From positions 34,063 through 98,062 of the forward strand of contig JANYCN010000034.1 in NCBI GenBank assembly GCA_025360225.1: 64,000 bases of DNA, written 5' to 3'. Below the pieces are notes generated by a model. It was not told the origin of the DNA and ran no database searches. It saw nothing but the letters and a program-made list of their open reading frames with translations. Origin of the DNA: Actinomycetes bacterium (GTDB taxonomy: Bacteria; Actinomycetota; Thermoleophilia; Gaiellales; F1-60-MAGs149). Shown one piece after another: positions 31,951 through 41,745 of this stretch. The translations under genes and the position numbers were made by a program. Within the stretch, counting starts at the first letter, position 1, and the number at the start of each line of letters is the position of its first letter.

Positions 31951-34438
31951 CGAGCGTCGCGAGCCAGATCCAGGAACGGTAGGCGGTGAGCCGCAGCGTC
32001 CCGTGTGAGGGGGCGCTGCGGCTCGTCGTGCCGAGTCGCACGCTCGCGACGCCGGCTGCGGCGAGCGAGACGTCGATCAGCCGCGGCCCCCGCCCGAGCG
32101 GGTGCCAGGCGCCGGCGATCCTGCCGCGGACGGTGCGCGTCACGAGACGCCCACCGATGCGCGCGAGGTCGACGCGGAGAAGCTCACGGCCGCGTCGGTC
32201 GCGCACGGCAAGGACCGCGAGGCAGCCACGGACGCTGGCTGCGTCGGCGTCGAGCAGGAAGGAGACCTCGAGGGTTCCCGCCCTGGTTGGCGTCGGCTCC
32301 GCAACGAAGGTCGCACGCCCACCGAGGCGGATCGTGAGCGCGGAGAGGCGGGCGCTAAGCCGCAGCGGCAGGACGACGGTGGCGGCGACGGGCGCCGACC
32401 AGTTGCCGGCAGCGTCTCGCCCGCGCACGGAGAGCACGTGTGCACCCGGCGTCCAGCCGCTCGCGTCGACCGCCGCGGCGACGACCCCCGCGACGATCGC
32501 CAGCGGGTGGTGCGCGCCGGCGCCGTCTGACCACTCGGCGGTCGCGGCATCGCCGACGGACGCCGCGAGGTGGACGCGCGCGTCACGGTCGAGCGTGACG
32601 CGCCACCCCTGCACGAGCGGTGGCGTGCGGTCGAGGAGGAACGGGACGTCGAGCGCGTCGCTCATGTTGCCCACGAGGTCGGTGGCAACGAGGTGAGCGA
32701 CGTGCTGGCCGTCGGGCAGCGAAGCGGCGTCGAACGCGACCGCCACCGGCGACCCGCTCGCGGGCGTGATCACCGCTCCGCCGGCGTCGAGCGCGAGGCT
32801 GATCGAGGCGAGGCCCGAGCCGACCTCGGTGACGTTCGCGGTGATCACGCTGGCGCCGACGAGCCCTGCCGAGAGCATCGGCGCGGTGCGGTCGACGATC
32901 ACCTGCGCGGTGTCGAGCACGCCGACGTTGCCAACGGTGTCGACGGCGAAGGCCGTGAGCGGGTAGGTGCCCTCCGCGAGCCCGGCCGGAACGTCGACGG
33001 TCGCCACCGGGCCGGCCGTCGTCACGGTGGCGCCGCGGAACGACGTCTCGAGGTGGTCGACGGCGGAGACGACGTGAGCGAGCGCCACCGCGTCGGTCGC
33101 CGTGATCGTGATCGTGCGGCCGCCGCGGGTGACGATCACCGTCGGCAGGTCGAGCACGGGCGCCGTCGTATCGCGTGCCGTCGGCAACGACGTAGCGAGG
33201 AGCGCCGCGACGTCGAGGCGGCCATAGCCGGCGCCGGGATCGGCGATCGCGGCGGCGGTCGAGCGCAGCGCCGCCGCCTGCTCGTCGGCGGTCATCCCGG
33301 CATGGCGTTGCAGCAGGACGGCGAGCGCGGCGGCGACCTGCGGCGCCGCGACGGAGGTTCCGGCAACCGGGTTCGTCACGAGGAACGGGCGGTGCGCCAC
33401 GTCGATGCCGACGGCGGGGGCGACGACGTCGGGAAACGGCGCGCTACCGCGACACGCCGACGCGTCGCCATGCCCGGAGAAGGCGGCGACGGTGGTTGCC
33501 GTCTCGAGGCCACCGACGGCGAATGCCTCAGGTAACGAGGCGGGGGAGTCCGGCACGCCGCTGTCGCCCGAGGCGAAGACCGGCAGGATGCCGGCGGCCC
33601 GTAGCGCCACGAGCGGCATCTGGTACACGGTGCCGCAGACGACGCCGGTCGAGCCCCAGGAGGCGTTGACGACGTCCGGGGCGTCGGGCGTGCGCGGGTC
33701 GCCGTCCGGGTCGAGGGCCCACTGGAGGGCAGCCGTCGTGCCACTCACGGTGTCGCTGCACTGGCTGTTGAAGATGTTCGCGGCGATCAGCGACGCGCCG
33801 GGGGCGCCTGCCGCGACGACGCCGGCAACCGAGGTGCCGTGACCGTCGCAGCCGTGCGGGGCGTAGCCATCGACCGGCGTTGTCGACGTTGCCGTCGCGT
33901 CGAACCAGTCGCTCGGACGGCCGCGATAGCGCCCGGCGGGCAGCCCGCTCAGGTCAAGGCCCGAGTCGATCACCGCCACCGTGATCCCCGTGCCGTCCGA
34001 CGGCGTCGTCGGGTCACTCCAGACGGGAGCGAACGCGTCCAGGCCGACCCAGTCAAACCCTTCCGGATGCACGGACGCACCGTCGGGCGTGATGCCTGCG
34101 ACGTCGCCGCGGCCCCGGAGAGCATCGAGGAACGAGCGACGCGCAACGACGGCGTAGCTACCGTTGATCCAGAGCACGCGGACGCTGCGCACGATCCCAT
34201 GCCGGCGACCGTTGGCGAGCGTCGCGGCGACCATCCGGCCCCGCCGAGCGAGCTGCGCGCGCAGAAGCACCTCGACGCTCGCCGCGCGCGTCTGCCGGTC
34301 GGGCGCGAACAGCAGGCGCGGAACGGAGATCGAGCGCACGTGGATGATCGCCGCGACGTACGGGTCGCTCCCCGCGACGGAGGCGCTCGCACCGGTGGCG
34401 AGGAGGATCGCCGCGGCGGCGAGCGCTCGCCGGATCAC
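31934..34438 (-). CDS. Secreted subtilisin-family (S8) serine peptidase with a long Ig-like C-terminal region
   Basis: The catalytic triad contexts are VAVIDSGLD (Asp), HGTSVAGVVAAG (His) and GTSVAAPQVAAALAVLLQ (Ser). The GTG at 34438 forms a GTGA overlap with the copCD stop. Confidence 0.85.
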   Translation of the reverse strand: MIRRALAAAAILLATGASASVAGSDPYVAAIIHVRSISVPRLLFAPDRQTRAASVEVLLRAQLARRGRMVAATLANGRRHGIVRSVRVLWINGSYAVVARRSFLDALRGRGDVAGITPDGASVHPEGFDWVGLDAFAPVWSDPTTPSDGTGITVAVIDSGLDLSGLPAGRYRGRPSDWFDATATSTTPVDGYAPHGCDGHGTSVAGVVAAGAPGASLIAANIFNSQCSDTVSGTTAALQWALDPDGDPRTPDAPDVVNASWGSTGVVCGTVYQMPLVALRAAGILPVFASGDSGVPDSPASLPEAFAVGGLETATTVAAFSGHGDASACRGSAPFPDVVAPAVGIDVAHRPFLVTNPVAGTSVAAPQVAAALAVLLQRHAGMTADEQAAALRSTAAAIADPGAGYGRLDVAALLATSLPTARDTTAPVLDLPTVIVTRGGRTITITATDAVALAHVVSAVDHLETSFRGATVTTAGPVATVDVPAGLAEGTYPLTAFAVDTVGNVGVLDTAQVIVDRTAPMLSAGLVGASVITANVTEVGSGLASISLALDAGGAVITPASGSPVAVAFDAASLPDGQHVAHLVATDLVGNMSDALDVPFLLDRTPPLVQGWRVTLDRDARVHLAASVGDAATAEWSDGAGAHHPLAIVAGVVAAAVDASGWTPGAHVLSVRGRDAAGNWSAPVAATVVLPLRLSARLSALTIRLGGRATFVAEPTPTRAGTLEVSFLLDADAASVRGCLAVLAVRDRRGRELLRVDLARIGGRLVTRTVRGRIAGAWHPLGRGPRLIDVSLAAAGVASVRLGTTSRSAPSHGTLRLTAYRSWIWLATLATRRR

Positions 34439-36165
34439 GTTGGTCGTCTCCGGCGCCAGAGCAGCAGCGCGTAGCTGATGAGACCGCCGACGCCGAGCGT
34501 CCAGGCGACCGGCGTCGAGGTCGCGGTGATCGGTGCGCGGGAGTAGGTGACGGGCGCGAGGTCGCGGACGGCGCCGCCGACGATCCACGGGGTCGTCACG
34601 GACTGGTCGGCCTGGCCGGCGCGGACGATCAGCGCGGAGAGGCGGATCGCACCTGGCTGGCGAAGCGCTAGCCCGTTCACGTCCCACTCCGTCCCCGTTC
34701 CGTGCGTGGCGGGGTACGGCGTGAAGCGCCGTCCGTCGCTGTTGACGCCGAGGGTGACGGCGGTGATCGGTCCGGGCGCGGGGTGGCGCGTCTCGAGGAC
34801 GTCGACGGCGACGAAGTTGGTGCCTGGCCGGTTCGGTTTGGCGCGGAACACGACGATCATCGTGTCGGCGTTCAGCGTCGCGATCTGCGTCGCGGCCGGC
34901 GGCGGCGGCGGGTCGGCGAAGCGCACGCCGCGGGCCGGCGCGCCAGCCGCGGCGATCCCCGCCGGCAGCAGGACGGCGACGAGCAGCAGCGCCTCGAGGG
35001 GGATCGAGCGCGCCGCGACGAGCGGTCGGCCGCGCGCGGCGTGCAGCGCACGGTTGGTGACGAGCGCGAGCGCGCCGGCGGCGACCAGCAGCAGCCCCTT
35101 CCCGAGGATCGCCGTGCCGTACACGGTCGTCAGGAGCGCGTCGACGGTGGCGACGTGGATCCCGGCGCTGACGATGCCGGTGATCGCGATCACGCCGGCG
35201 GCGGGCCCGGCGATCCAGCCGGCGCGGCGCAGCGTGGCGATGGCGTCGTCGCGCTCGCTGCTGCGTCGCAGCGCCGGCACGACGAGCAACACCATCGCGA
35301 GGACGAGGCCGATCCAGACGGCGGCGGCGGCGAGGTGCACGGCGAGGACGACCTCAGACGGCGCGCCGATCGCCGCGGCGTGCGAGCCGACGGCGCCGGC
35401 CGCCGCTGCGCCGATCGCTGCAGCCAGGGCTGCCCGAACCTGCTGGGCGCGGACGGCGGCGACGGCAGCCAGGACCAGCGCGGTGCGAAGCAGGAGCCCC
35501 TGCCCCGAGCCTGTGTCGAGCAGCACCCGGCGCAGCTCGTCGACGCCGATGCCGATCTCCGAGAGCTGGATGCTGAGCAGGCCGACGCCGGCGCCGACCG
35601 CTGCGAGCGCCACGACGGCGGTCCGACGCTGGCGGACAGCGGCGGAGGCGGGGGAGAGCAGGGCGAGCGCGAGGAGCCCGACGAGCAGCGCGATCGCCGC
35701 GAACTGCACGGCGCGAACGGTCGCCTCGAGGTAGGAGGGCGTTGGCTCCGGTGGCACGAGCGCGACGCGCGCGCGGGCCGGCACGACGTCGGTGCCGACG
35801 CCGAACTCGAGCTGGTCGCCGATCGTGTGCAGGTCGTCAGCGGAGACGGCGCGCCACACGACCTTGTACGCGCCGTGGGGGAGCGTCGGCAGCACGACGT
35901 GGACGGTGGCCTGGTCGAGGGTCGCGACGAGGCGCTTGCCGGCGCCGCTGGTCGACGCGACGACGCTGCCGTCGCTGGCGACGATCTTCACCGTGACGTA
36001 GTGCAGCACGACCGGCTGGCTGAAGTCGAGCCGCAGCTCGGGAGGCGTCGCGGCGGTCGTCGAGCCGTCGGCGGGGAGCGAGCGGATCAGCTCGGAGTGC
36101 GCCAACGCCACGGCAGGCACGACGAGCGTGATCGCGAGCGCCAGCAGGAGCGCGAGGCGCCGCAC
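34435..36165 (-). CDS. CopC-CopD fusion protein (YcnJ-like copper handling/transport) with an extra C-terminal domain and a terminal TM helix
   Basis: The signal peptide is followed by AHSELIRSLPADGSTTAATPPELRLDFSQPV...YKVVWRAVSADDLHTIGDQLEF, which is a CopC domain. Multiple hydrophobic helices follow and are CopD-like. The start lies 3 nt after the upstream stop. Confidence 0.85.
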   Translation of the reverse strand: MRRLALLLALAITLVVPAVALAHSELIRSLPADGSTTAATPPELRLDFSQPVVLHYVTVKIVASDGSVVASTSGAGKRLVATLDQATVHVVLPTLPHGAYKVVWRAVSADDLHTIGDQLEFGVGTDVVPARARVALVPPEPTPSYLEATVRAVQFAAIALLVGLLALALLSPASAAVRQRRTAVVALAAVGAGVGLLSIQLSEIGIGVDELRRVLLDTGSGQGLLLRTALVLAAVAAVRAQQVRAALAAAIGAAAAGAVGSHAAAIGAPSEVVLAVHLAAAAVWIGLVLAMVLLVVPALRRSSERDDAIATLRRAGWIAGPAAGVIAITGIVSAGIHVATVDALLTTVYGTAILGKGLLLVAAGALALVTNRALHAARGRPLVAARSIPLEALLLVAVLLPAGIAAAGAPARGVRFADPPPPPAATQIATLNADTMIVVFRAKPNRPGTNFVAVDVLETRHPAPGPITAVTLGVNSDGRRFTPYPATHGTGTEWDVNGLALRQPGAIRLSALIVRAGQADQSVTTPWIVGGAVRDLAPVTYSRAPITATSTPVAWTLGVGGLISYALLLWRRRRPT

Positions 36166-36168
36166 GGC

Positions 36169-36678
36169 TTAGACGACCCGGATGTGCTTGATCTCGAGGT
36201 CGCCGACGAAGATGTCGAGGTAGTCGCCTCGGATCACCGTGCCGGCCGCGTTGCGGAAGATGATGTAGTAGCCCTGGCCGGCGACGAGCGTCGAGTCGCC
36301 CGGGGTGAGGGCGCGGGTGTCGAGGATCTTCGCGGCGCGTTCGTCGCCGATCAGCATCTTCACGACGGAGTGGTGGCCGACGACGGGCTCGGCCTTGAGC
36401 GGGTCGAGGATGCGGAAGCGGACGTCGATCAGGCCGTCGTCGCCGGTCAGGCCGACCTGGTAGAACTGGATGCCGTACCTCGCCTCGATGTCAGCGTGGG
36501 CGGGGATCGCGCTGGGCTTGATCGCGCCAGCAGCCGGCGCGGGCGCGGCGGTCGGGTCGGCGCTGATCGCGCGGGCGCCGATGAAGGCGCCGACGGCGAG
36601 CAGCCCGGTAACGACGATGGCCGCGATCGCTGGTCGGCGGTCGCGGCCCCGTGGGATTGGTGGTGTGTCGATGCTCAT
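36169..36678 (-). CDS. Small N-terminally anchored extracytoplasmic protein of unknown function
   Basis: It has one TM helix (PAIAAIVVTGLLAVGAFIGA) and then a ~120-aa domain containing an HH pair. It sits between the cupredoxin genes and copCD. Confidence 0.6.
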   Translation of the reverse strand: MSIDTPPIPRGRDRRPAIAAIVVTGLLAVGAFIGARAISADPTAAPAPAAGAIKPSAIPAHADIEARYGIQFYQVGLTGDDGLIDVRFRILDPLKAEPVVGHHSVVKMLIGDERAAKILDTRALTPGDSTLVAGQGYYIIFRNAAGTVIRGDYLDIFVGDLEIKHIRVV

Positions 36679-36698
36679 GCTCGTTCAGGTTCTCGCGG

Positions 36699-36732
36699 CT
36701 CCCCCGTCCGGCGCATCGTCCGGACGGGGGAG
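36699..36732 (-). promoter_or_regulatory. Perfect 13-bp GC-rich intercistronic stem-loop
   Basis: CTCCCCCGTCCGG (36699-36711) pairs with CCGGACGGGGGAG (36720-36732), leaving an 8-nt loop. It lies between the stop at 36743 and the ATG at 36678. No U-tract follows. Confidence 0.6.
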
Positions 36733-36742
36733 GCTGCGAGAG

Positions 36743-39700
36743 CTAGTGCGTCGAAGCGTACTGGTCGACGTACAGGGTACCGGCAGCCTTCGCGGTGCCG
36801 GTGGCTCCGAGGCTGACACGATCGACCCGCTGGGTCGCCGTGTCGATGCCGGTGAGGCTGGTGAGGGCGACGCCATCGAGCTTGACGTTGATCTCACCGG
36901 TCTTCGAGGCGTACCAGTCCACCGCGATGGTGTGGACGTCGTCGGAGACGAGCACCCAGTCACCGGTCTTGACGGTGGATCCGTCGTGGGCGGTGACGCG
37001 CAGGTACTGGCCGGTGGCGTCCGTCTTGCGCTCGAGCGTGAACACGCTCGCGGCGCCGTTGTTGCCGGCGAGGATCACCTGGGCGTCGCCACCGGTGGTG
37101 GAGCCGTTGGTGTCGAGCTTGAACGATGCGTGGTACGCGCTGACCGCGAGGTGGTCAACGTGCGTCACGGCGCCGTTCGTCACCGCGAGGCCACGCTTGC
37201 CGACGAGTGCGGCGGCCTTCGTGACCTTCACCTTGCCGCTTGCCTTCCAGCCCTTCATGCCGTTCTCGAAACCGGACGCGAAGAGCGGGCGGAAGTTGAT
37301 CAGCACGGTGAGCTTCTTGATCGGCGACCAGTTGCCGGCCATGTCACGCACCCGCACCGAGAGGGTGTGGACGCCCGACGACCAGCGGCTGACGTCGATC
37401 TGTGCCGCGAGCTTGACGACGTACCTCGTGCCCTTGATGCCGGTCACGTTGAGCGCGTTCGCCTTGCCGAGGCCCGGGTCGCTGCCTTCGAACCACTCGG
37501 CTGCGGAGAGCGCGCCGCCTGCTGCTGCGTCGGCGCCGAGGTTCTCGGTGCCGCTCAGCCGGAGGATGAAGCGCGAGGCCTTGCCGAGCTTCTTGCCAGC
37601 CTGACGGAAGGCGATCGCGCCGCCCTCCTGGGTGACCCCGGCCGGCTCGAGCGTCGGCACGAGCGGCTTCGTCGTGTCGATGATCTCCGTCGTGGAGGCG
37701 CACGAGCCCCAGTTTCCGGCCTCGTCCTGCGAGCGGGCGTAGTACTTCACGGTGAGCGTGAGGCCGTACTTGGCGCCGGCGGCAGGAGCCAACGCGGCGA
37801 CCTCGAGGTTGGCGTTGTCAATCCGCCTCCAGCCATCGGTGAAGGTGATCTGTCCGGTACTGGTGTTCCCTGTGATCCTCGCGAACTTGCCGACGTCCGT
37901 ACCGACGGTGGAACTCGTGATCGCGATGGTGTTGGGCGTCGCCAGGTTTTGAAGCAGGTTCGGGCTCCACTTGCCAGCCTTGCCGCTGTCGGTGATCGAG
38001 GTCGCCGTGCTGCTCGAGATACCACCGGCCATCACCGAGATGAACCGGTTCAGGTCGGCGAGCGGGATGTACGCGAAGCGTCGCTCGGAGAGCGGGTTGA
38101 CCTGGGTGACGCCGTCGAAGTCGAACCGGGTGCCAGCCGGGTTCAGTGCGCTGCACATCGCCGGCTGGGCTGCGGAGCTGACGTCCTGCCAGGCACCGAC
38201 GACGTCGGCAACGTGCGAGCTGGTGTCGACGGCGCTTGCGTAGGCGCGGACGTAGTACTGGTTGATGTCGTAGCCGAGCGTGCCGTTGTTCCAGCCGACG
38301 GCGATGCCGCCGTTCGGATGTGTTGCGTCGGCCGGAAGGCGCTGCTGGAGGGCCTTCAGCGGATCGACGTCGAACGAGGTGGTCGGCCCGGTCGCGTCGT
38401 AGAGGAACGTTGCGGTGCCGACATCGTTCAGCGTGGCGTCCGTCGTGCTCGTCGTGTTGCCGAGCGCGTCGGTGGCGGTGATCTGCACGGTGTAGGTCTG
38501 ACCGTCGGTCAACGATGTCTTGCAGTCGGCGAGCGGGATGTCGCCCTGCAGGTCGACGGACACCGCCGGGACGACGCCGATCTGCGTCACCGCACAGCTG
38601 GTGCCGAGAACCGTTGCCGTGAACGACGCGACGTCCGAGCCGCCCGTCTGGGAGTCATCGCCGGTCGCCCAGAAGTGCAGCGCCGCCGTGCCGTTCGTGA
38701 CGGGGGCGCCGAGCGAGACGCGCGTGACGTCCGGCCCGACGTTGTCGAGCATGAAGGAGATCGAGCTGACCTCGCCAGCGACGCCGCTAAACGTCGCCTG
38801 GAAGTAGATGCGATGGAGCTTCGCCCAGCCGGTCGACGGCGACGCGGACTCCTTCTGGAGGATCGTCAAGAGATCGCTGTCGGTGAGGCTGATCGAGAAC
38901 GCCCCGCCGGCAGCGGATCCGGAGACGCTGCCGCTTGCGGAGGCCGGCGTGGCGTCAACGCTCCACGCGACGGTGTCCGCGGCGCCGCCTGCTAGGCACT
39001 GGAGCGCCGAGCCGGTGACGGTCACGCCGGTGCCGGAGCTCCAGTGCGCCGCTGCCGCGGAACCGAGCGCGAGGTTCTGCACGGTCGCCTTGGCGGTCGG
39101 GCAGAGCCCTGTGGTTGACGAGCTGACGCCCGCGACCTGCAGGTACAGCGCCATGCCGAGGCCACCGAGTCCCATGTCCTTGCCCTGGTCGGCGATGACG
39201 GTGCGCTCGTCAATGGTGGTGGAGGTGATCGCGATCAGGTCGTCGGCGGTCGAGCCGCCCGGGAGGGCCTCGATCACGGCGTCGATGCCCTGGCCGAGGC
39301 CGCTCACGACGTTCGTCAGCGCGTGGGCGTCGAAGCCGACGTGGTGCTGGCGGCTGCCGAGAACGCCCATCCAGTGGTTCTCGATGCCGGCGTTGACGTA
39401 GCGCACGAGCGTCGTGCTGCCACCGGTGACAGGGACGTCGCTCGCGGTCGGCTGACCGTTCACGAGGTACCAGGAGGGATTCCAGCCGTTCGGGTCGTTC
39501 ATCTCGAAGGCGAGCGGGTCCGGCGACAGGTTCAGCGCCGGGTCGAGGTCGGAGAGCACCGCAACCTGCTCGTCGGTGAACGTTGAGGCCTCGCCGTAGA
39601 CGCCGGTTGTCGCTTCGACGACGAGCGCGCCGTAGAGGCCCATCGCGTTCTCACGCTTGCCGTTCGGCGTCGCGCCGGCGCCGTAGAGGTACGTGCCAGG

Positions 39701-40177
39701 CGCGGCGTTGACGATGCGGTACGTCGCGACGCTTCCGGGAGCGACGCCAGTGATGTCCGAGCCGCTCCGCCACGTGGTGCCGTTGTCGTGCGACCACTGC
39801 GACACCGCCTGAGGAAGCCCGAGCCCCAGCTCGCCCGCAAGCAAGCCGTTGTGAACGTTGATCGTGATCGTCACGCCGGCGGCGGCGACGATCGTCGGAC
39901 CGCCAACGCCGGTGTTGTCCGCCGGGGCTGCGCCCATCGCGAAGCGCCAGGTCGGGATGGTCAGTCCAGTTGCCGACCCGTCGGGGAGGGTGATGTGGCT
40001 GGCGCCAGCGTACAGCTCGACGGTGCAGTCAGCGGCACACTGCACCGGCAGCTTGCCGGTCGCCGTGGCGGGCGTCGAGGCGCCCGCGACCGGGACGGTG
40101 ACGACCAGCCCGGCGAGCGCGAGCGCGCCGGCCAGGATGCCGCGTCGGGCCCGGGGCCTCGTCTGGTGGTTGGTCAC
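36743..40177 (-). CDS. Tat-signal surface protein: two ligand-less cupredoxin (MCO-like) domains, Ig-like modules and a LamG/ConA-like C-terminus
   Basis: The GTG at 40177 is preceded by AGGAGA. The Tat-like signal is RARRGILAGALALAG. The MCO-fold landmarks GTYLYGAG...MGLYGALVVEA and WYLVNGQPT...LVRYVNAG are present, but the HxH and HCH copper ligands are absent. The C-terminal region, ending ...GTAKAAGTLYVDQYASTH, looks like a lectin fold. Confidence 0.75.
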   Translation of the reverse strand: MTNHQTRPRARRGILAGALALAGLVVTVPVAGASTPATATGKLPVQCAADCTVELYAGASHITLPDGSATGLTIPTWRFAMGAAPADNTGVGGPTIVAAAGVTITINVHNGLLAGELGLGLPQAVSQWSHDNGTTWRSGSDITGVAPGSVATYRIVNAAPGTYLYGAGATPNGKRENAMGLYGALVVEATTGVYGEASTFTDEQVAVLSDLDPALNLSPDPLAFEMNDPNGWNPSWYLVNGQPTASDVPVTGGSTTLVRYVNAGIENHWMGVLGSRQHHVGFDAHALTNVVSGLGQGIDAVIEALPGGSTADDLIAITSTTIDERTVIADQGKDMGLGGLGMALYLQVAGVSSSTTGLCPTAKATVQNLALGSAAAAHWSSGTGVTVTGSALQCLAGGAADTVAWSVDATPASASGSVSGSAAGGAFSISLTDSDLLTILQKESASPSTGWAKLHRIYFQATFSGVAGEVSSISFMLDNVGPDVTRVSLGAPVTNGTAALHFWATGDDSQTGGSDVASFTATVLGTSCAVTQIGVVPAVSVDLQGDIPLADCKTSLTDGQTYTVQITATDALGNTTSTTDATLNDVGTATFLYDATGPTTSFDVDPLKALQQRLPADATHPNGGIAVGWNNGTLGYDINQYYVRAYASAVDTSSHVADVVGAWQDVSSAAQPAMCSALNPAGTRFDFDGVTQVNPLSERRFAYIPLADLNRFISVMAGGISSSTATSITDSGKAGKWSPNLLQNLATPNTIAITSSTVGTDVGKFARITGNTSTGQITFTDGWRRIDNANLEVAALAPAAGAKYGLTLTVKYYARSQDEAGNWGSCASTTEIIDTTKPLVPTLEPAGVTQEGGAIAFRQAGKKLGKASRFILRLSGTENLGADAAAGGALSAAEWFEGSDPGLGKANALNVTGIKGTRYVVKLAAQIDVSRWSSGVHTLSVRVRDMAGNWSPIKKLTVLINFRPLFASGFENGMKGWKASGKVKVTKAAALVGKRGLAVTNGAVTHVDHLAVSAYHASFKLDTNGSTTGGDAQVILAGNNGAASVFTLERKTDATGQYLRVTAHDGSTVKTGDWVLVSDDVHTIAVDWYASKTGEINVKLDGVALTSLTGIDTATQRVDRVSLGATGTAKAAGTLYVDQYASTH

Positions 40178-40215
40178 GTCAGGGTCTCCTGCAGGGATGC
40201 GGGGGTTGGCGGTGG

Positions 40216-41736
40216 TCACTGTGCGCACCCCCAGTGGCCGGGCGGGTCGATGCGGTAGAGCGTGAGCATGCCGCCCATCGCCGCGCCGAAGGTCGTCGCC
40301 TCGTTCACTGCGTGGCTGTGGGCGACGTGGTAGTACTCGCCGCACTCGTTGAACGAGGTGATGCCCATCGGCAGGTCGTCCTGCTTGCCGAGGTACGGGG
40401 AGCCACCGAACCAGCTGTTGCCGACGGTGTAGCGGGTATCACGGAAGTCGTGCGTCGGCACGGGAATCGGGTTCGTCGCCGGATCCCAGCCGTGCGTGTC
40501 CTTCCAGAACCACGTGGAGTCGATCGTCTGGTTCGCGGCGATCTCGATCACGTAGTGGTTGATCGTGAGATCCGTGCCGTTCGCGACCAGCGGCGCACCG
40601 TCCACGCCGTGCACGAGCGTGTCTGCGGCGTGCGGGTGGAACGGATGGGCCGTCTCGCTGGCGTTGAAGTAGCGCACCGCGACGGGCAGCGGGTCGTAGC
40701 CGTTCAAGACGGTGTGCGGAAGTCCCAGGTTGGTCACGACGTGAGTCACAGGGTCCGTACGCGTCAACTGGGCACCGTCCGCCAGCGGCAGCACGTGGAC
40801 GAGGCCCGAGTACGGCTGGGCGGGGAGCCACTCGGCGCCGTTCGGGGCGATCGTGTCGGGCATCGAGCGCCCGTTGATGAACCAGTAGCGCGGCGTGAAC
40901 GCCGTCATCTCGTATGGCTTACCATGGTCGAGCGCCTGGTGCAGGTCAGAGTCGACGTCGCTCAGCACCTGCGCGTACTCGCGCCCGTAGCTATCGGCGA
41001 ACGTCGACGGCAGCAGCTCGGTGGTGTGGTTAAACAGCGTCGGGTTCGGACCCGTCGCATCGCTCGACGGATGGATCACGAGAGCGCCGAAGAGACCCAT
41101 CTGCTCCTGCTGGGCGGCGTTCGTGCCGCTCAGGTAGAGGAACGAGCCGGGCTTCGACGCGACGAACGAGTACGTCACCGACTGGCCAACGTCGACGGAC
41201 TGGACGGCCGACTGCAACGTCGTCGCCGGCGTGCCAGGGGCCGCTGTGTTCGTGACGATCTCCGGCTGCACCGGTGCGCCGTCCGCGGTAACCCCGGTCT
41301 GGCCGGGGAACTGGATCGACGTGCGCGGTGGCAGGGCCCCGGCGACGATCGGATCGCTGAGCGCGAGCCCGTTCGTGAGGCTGACCTTGATCGTCTCGCC
41401 CTCGTTCGCGCAGAGGAAGGGCGACGGGTAGCTGTAGTCACCCTCGTCCGATGCGTAGCCCCACATCGGAACCTGGTTGCCGTCTGGCGTGTGGATCTGG
41501 CCGTACTTCGCCGTCAGCTTGAACGTGCGGATCGTGACGCCGGTCTCGACGCTCTTCGTCCCGTTCGTGCAGACGAGCTCGTCGCTGCGGGTGAGGCTGG
41601 CCGACTTCGTGTGGCCAGGGGTCGTGAAGGCCCCGAACGCGCCTGCGGCCGTGATCGCCGCGACCGGCAGGAGCCAGATCGGGCGGACACGGCGGAGGCC
41701 GCGGCGGGGAGCGGTGGTGTTAGGTGTTCCGTCCAC
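40216..41736 (-). CDS. Two-domain multicopper-oxidase-like protein with copper ligands only in the C-terminal domain and no type-1 Cys
   Basis: The GTG at 41736 lies 9 nt after the upstream stop. The signal is PRRGLRRVRPIWLLPVAAITAAGAFG. The N-domain ends MGLFGALVIHP and has no HxH. The C-domain has AHPFHPHA (HxxHxH) and YYHVAHSHAVNE (HSH). Confidence 0.8.
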   Translation of the reverse strand: MDGTPNTTAPRRGLRRVRPIWLLPVAAITAAGAFGAFTTPGHTKSASLTRSDELVCTNGTKSVETGVTIRTFKLTAKYGQIHTPDGNQVPMWGYASDEGDYSYPSPFLCANEGETIKVSLTNGLALSDPIVAGALPPRTSIQFPGQTGVTADGAPVQPEIVTNTAAPGTPATTLQSAVQSVDVGQSVTYSFVASKPGSFLYLSGTNAAQQEQMGLFGALVIHPSSDATGPNPTLFNHTTELLPSTFADSYGREYAQVLSDVDSDLHQALDHGKPYEMTAFTPRYWFINGRSMPDTIAPNGAEWLPAQPYSGLVHVLPLADGAQLTRTDPVTHVVTNLGLPHTVLNGYDPLPVAVRYFNASETAHPFHPHAADTLVHGVDGAPLVANGTDLTINHYVIEIAANQTIDSTWFWKDTHGWDPATNPIPVPTHDFRDTRYTVGNSWFGGSPYLGKQDDLPMGITSFNECGEYYHVAHSHAVNEATTFGAAMGGMLTLYRIDPPGHWGCAQ

Positions 41737-41745
41737 GTCGTTACC

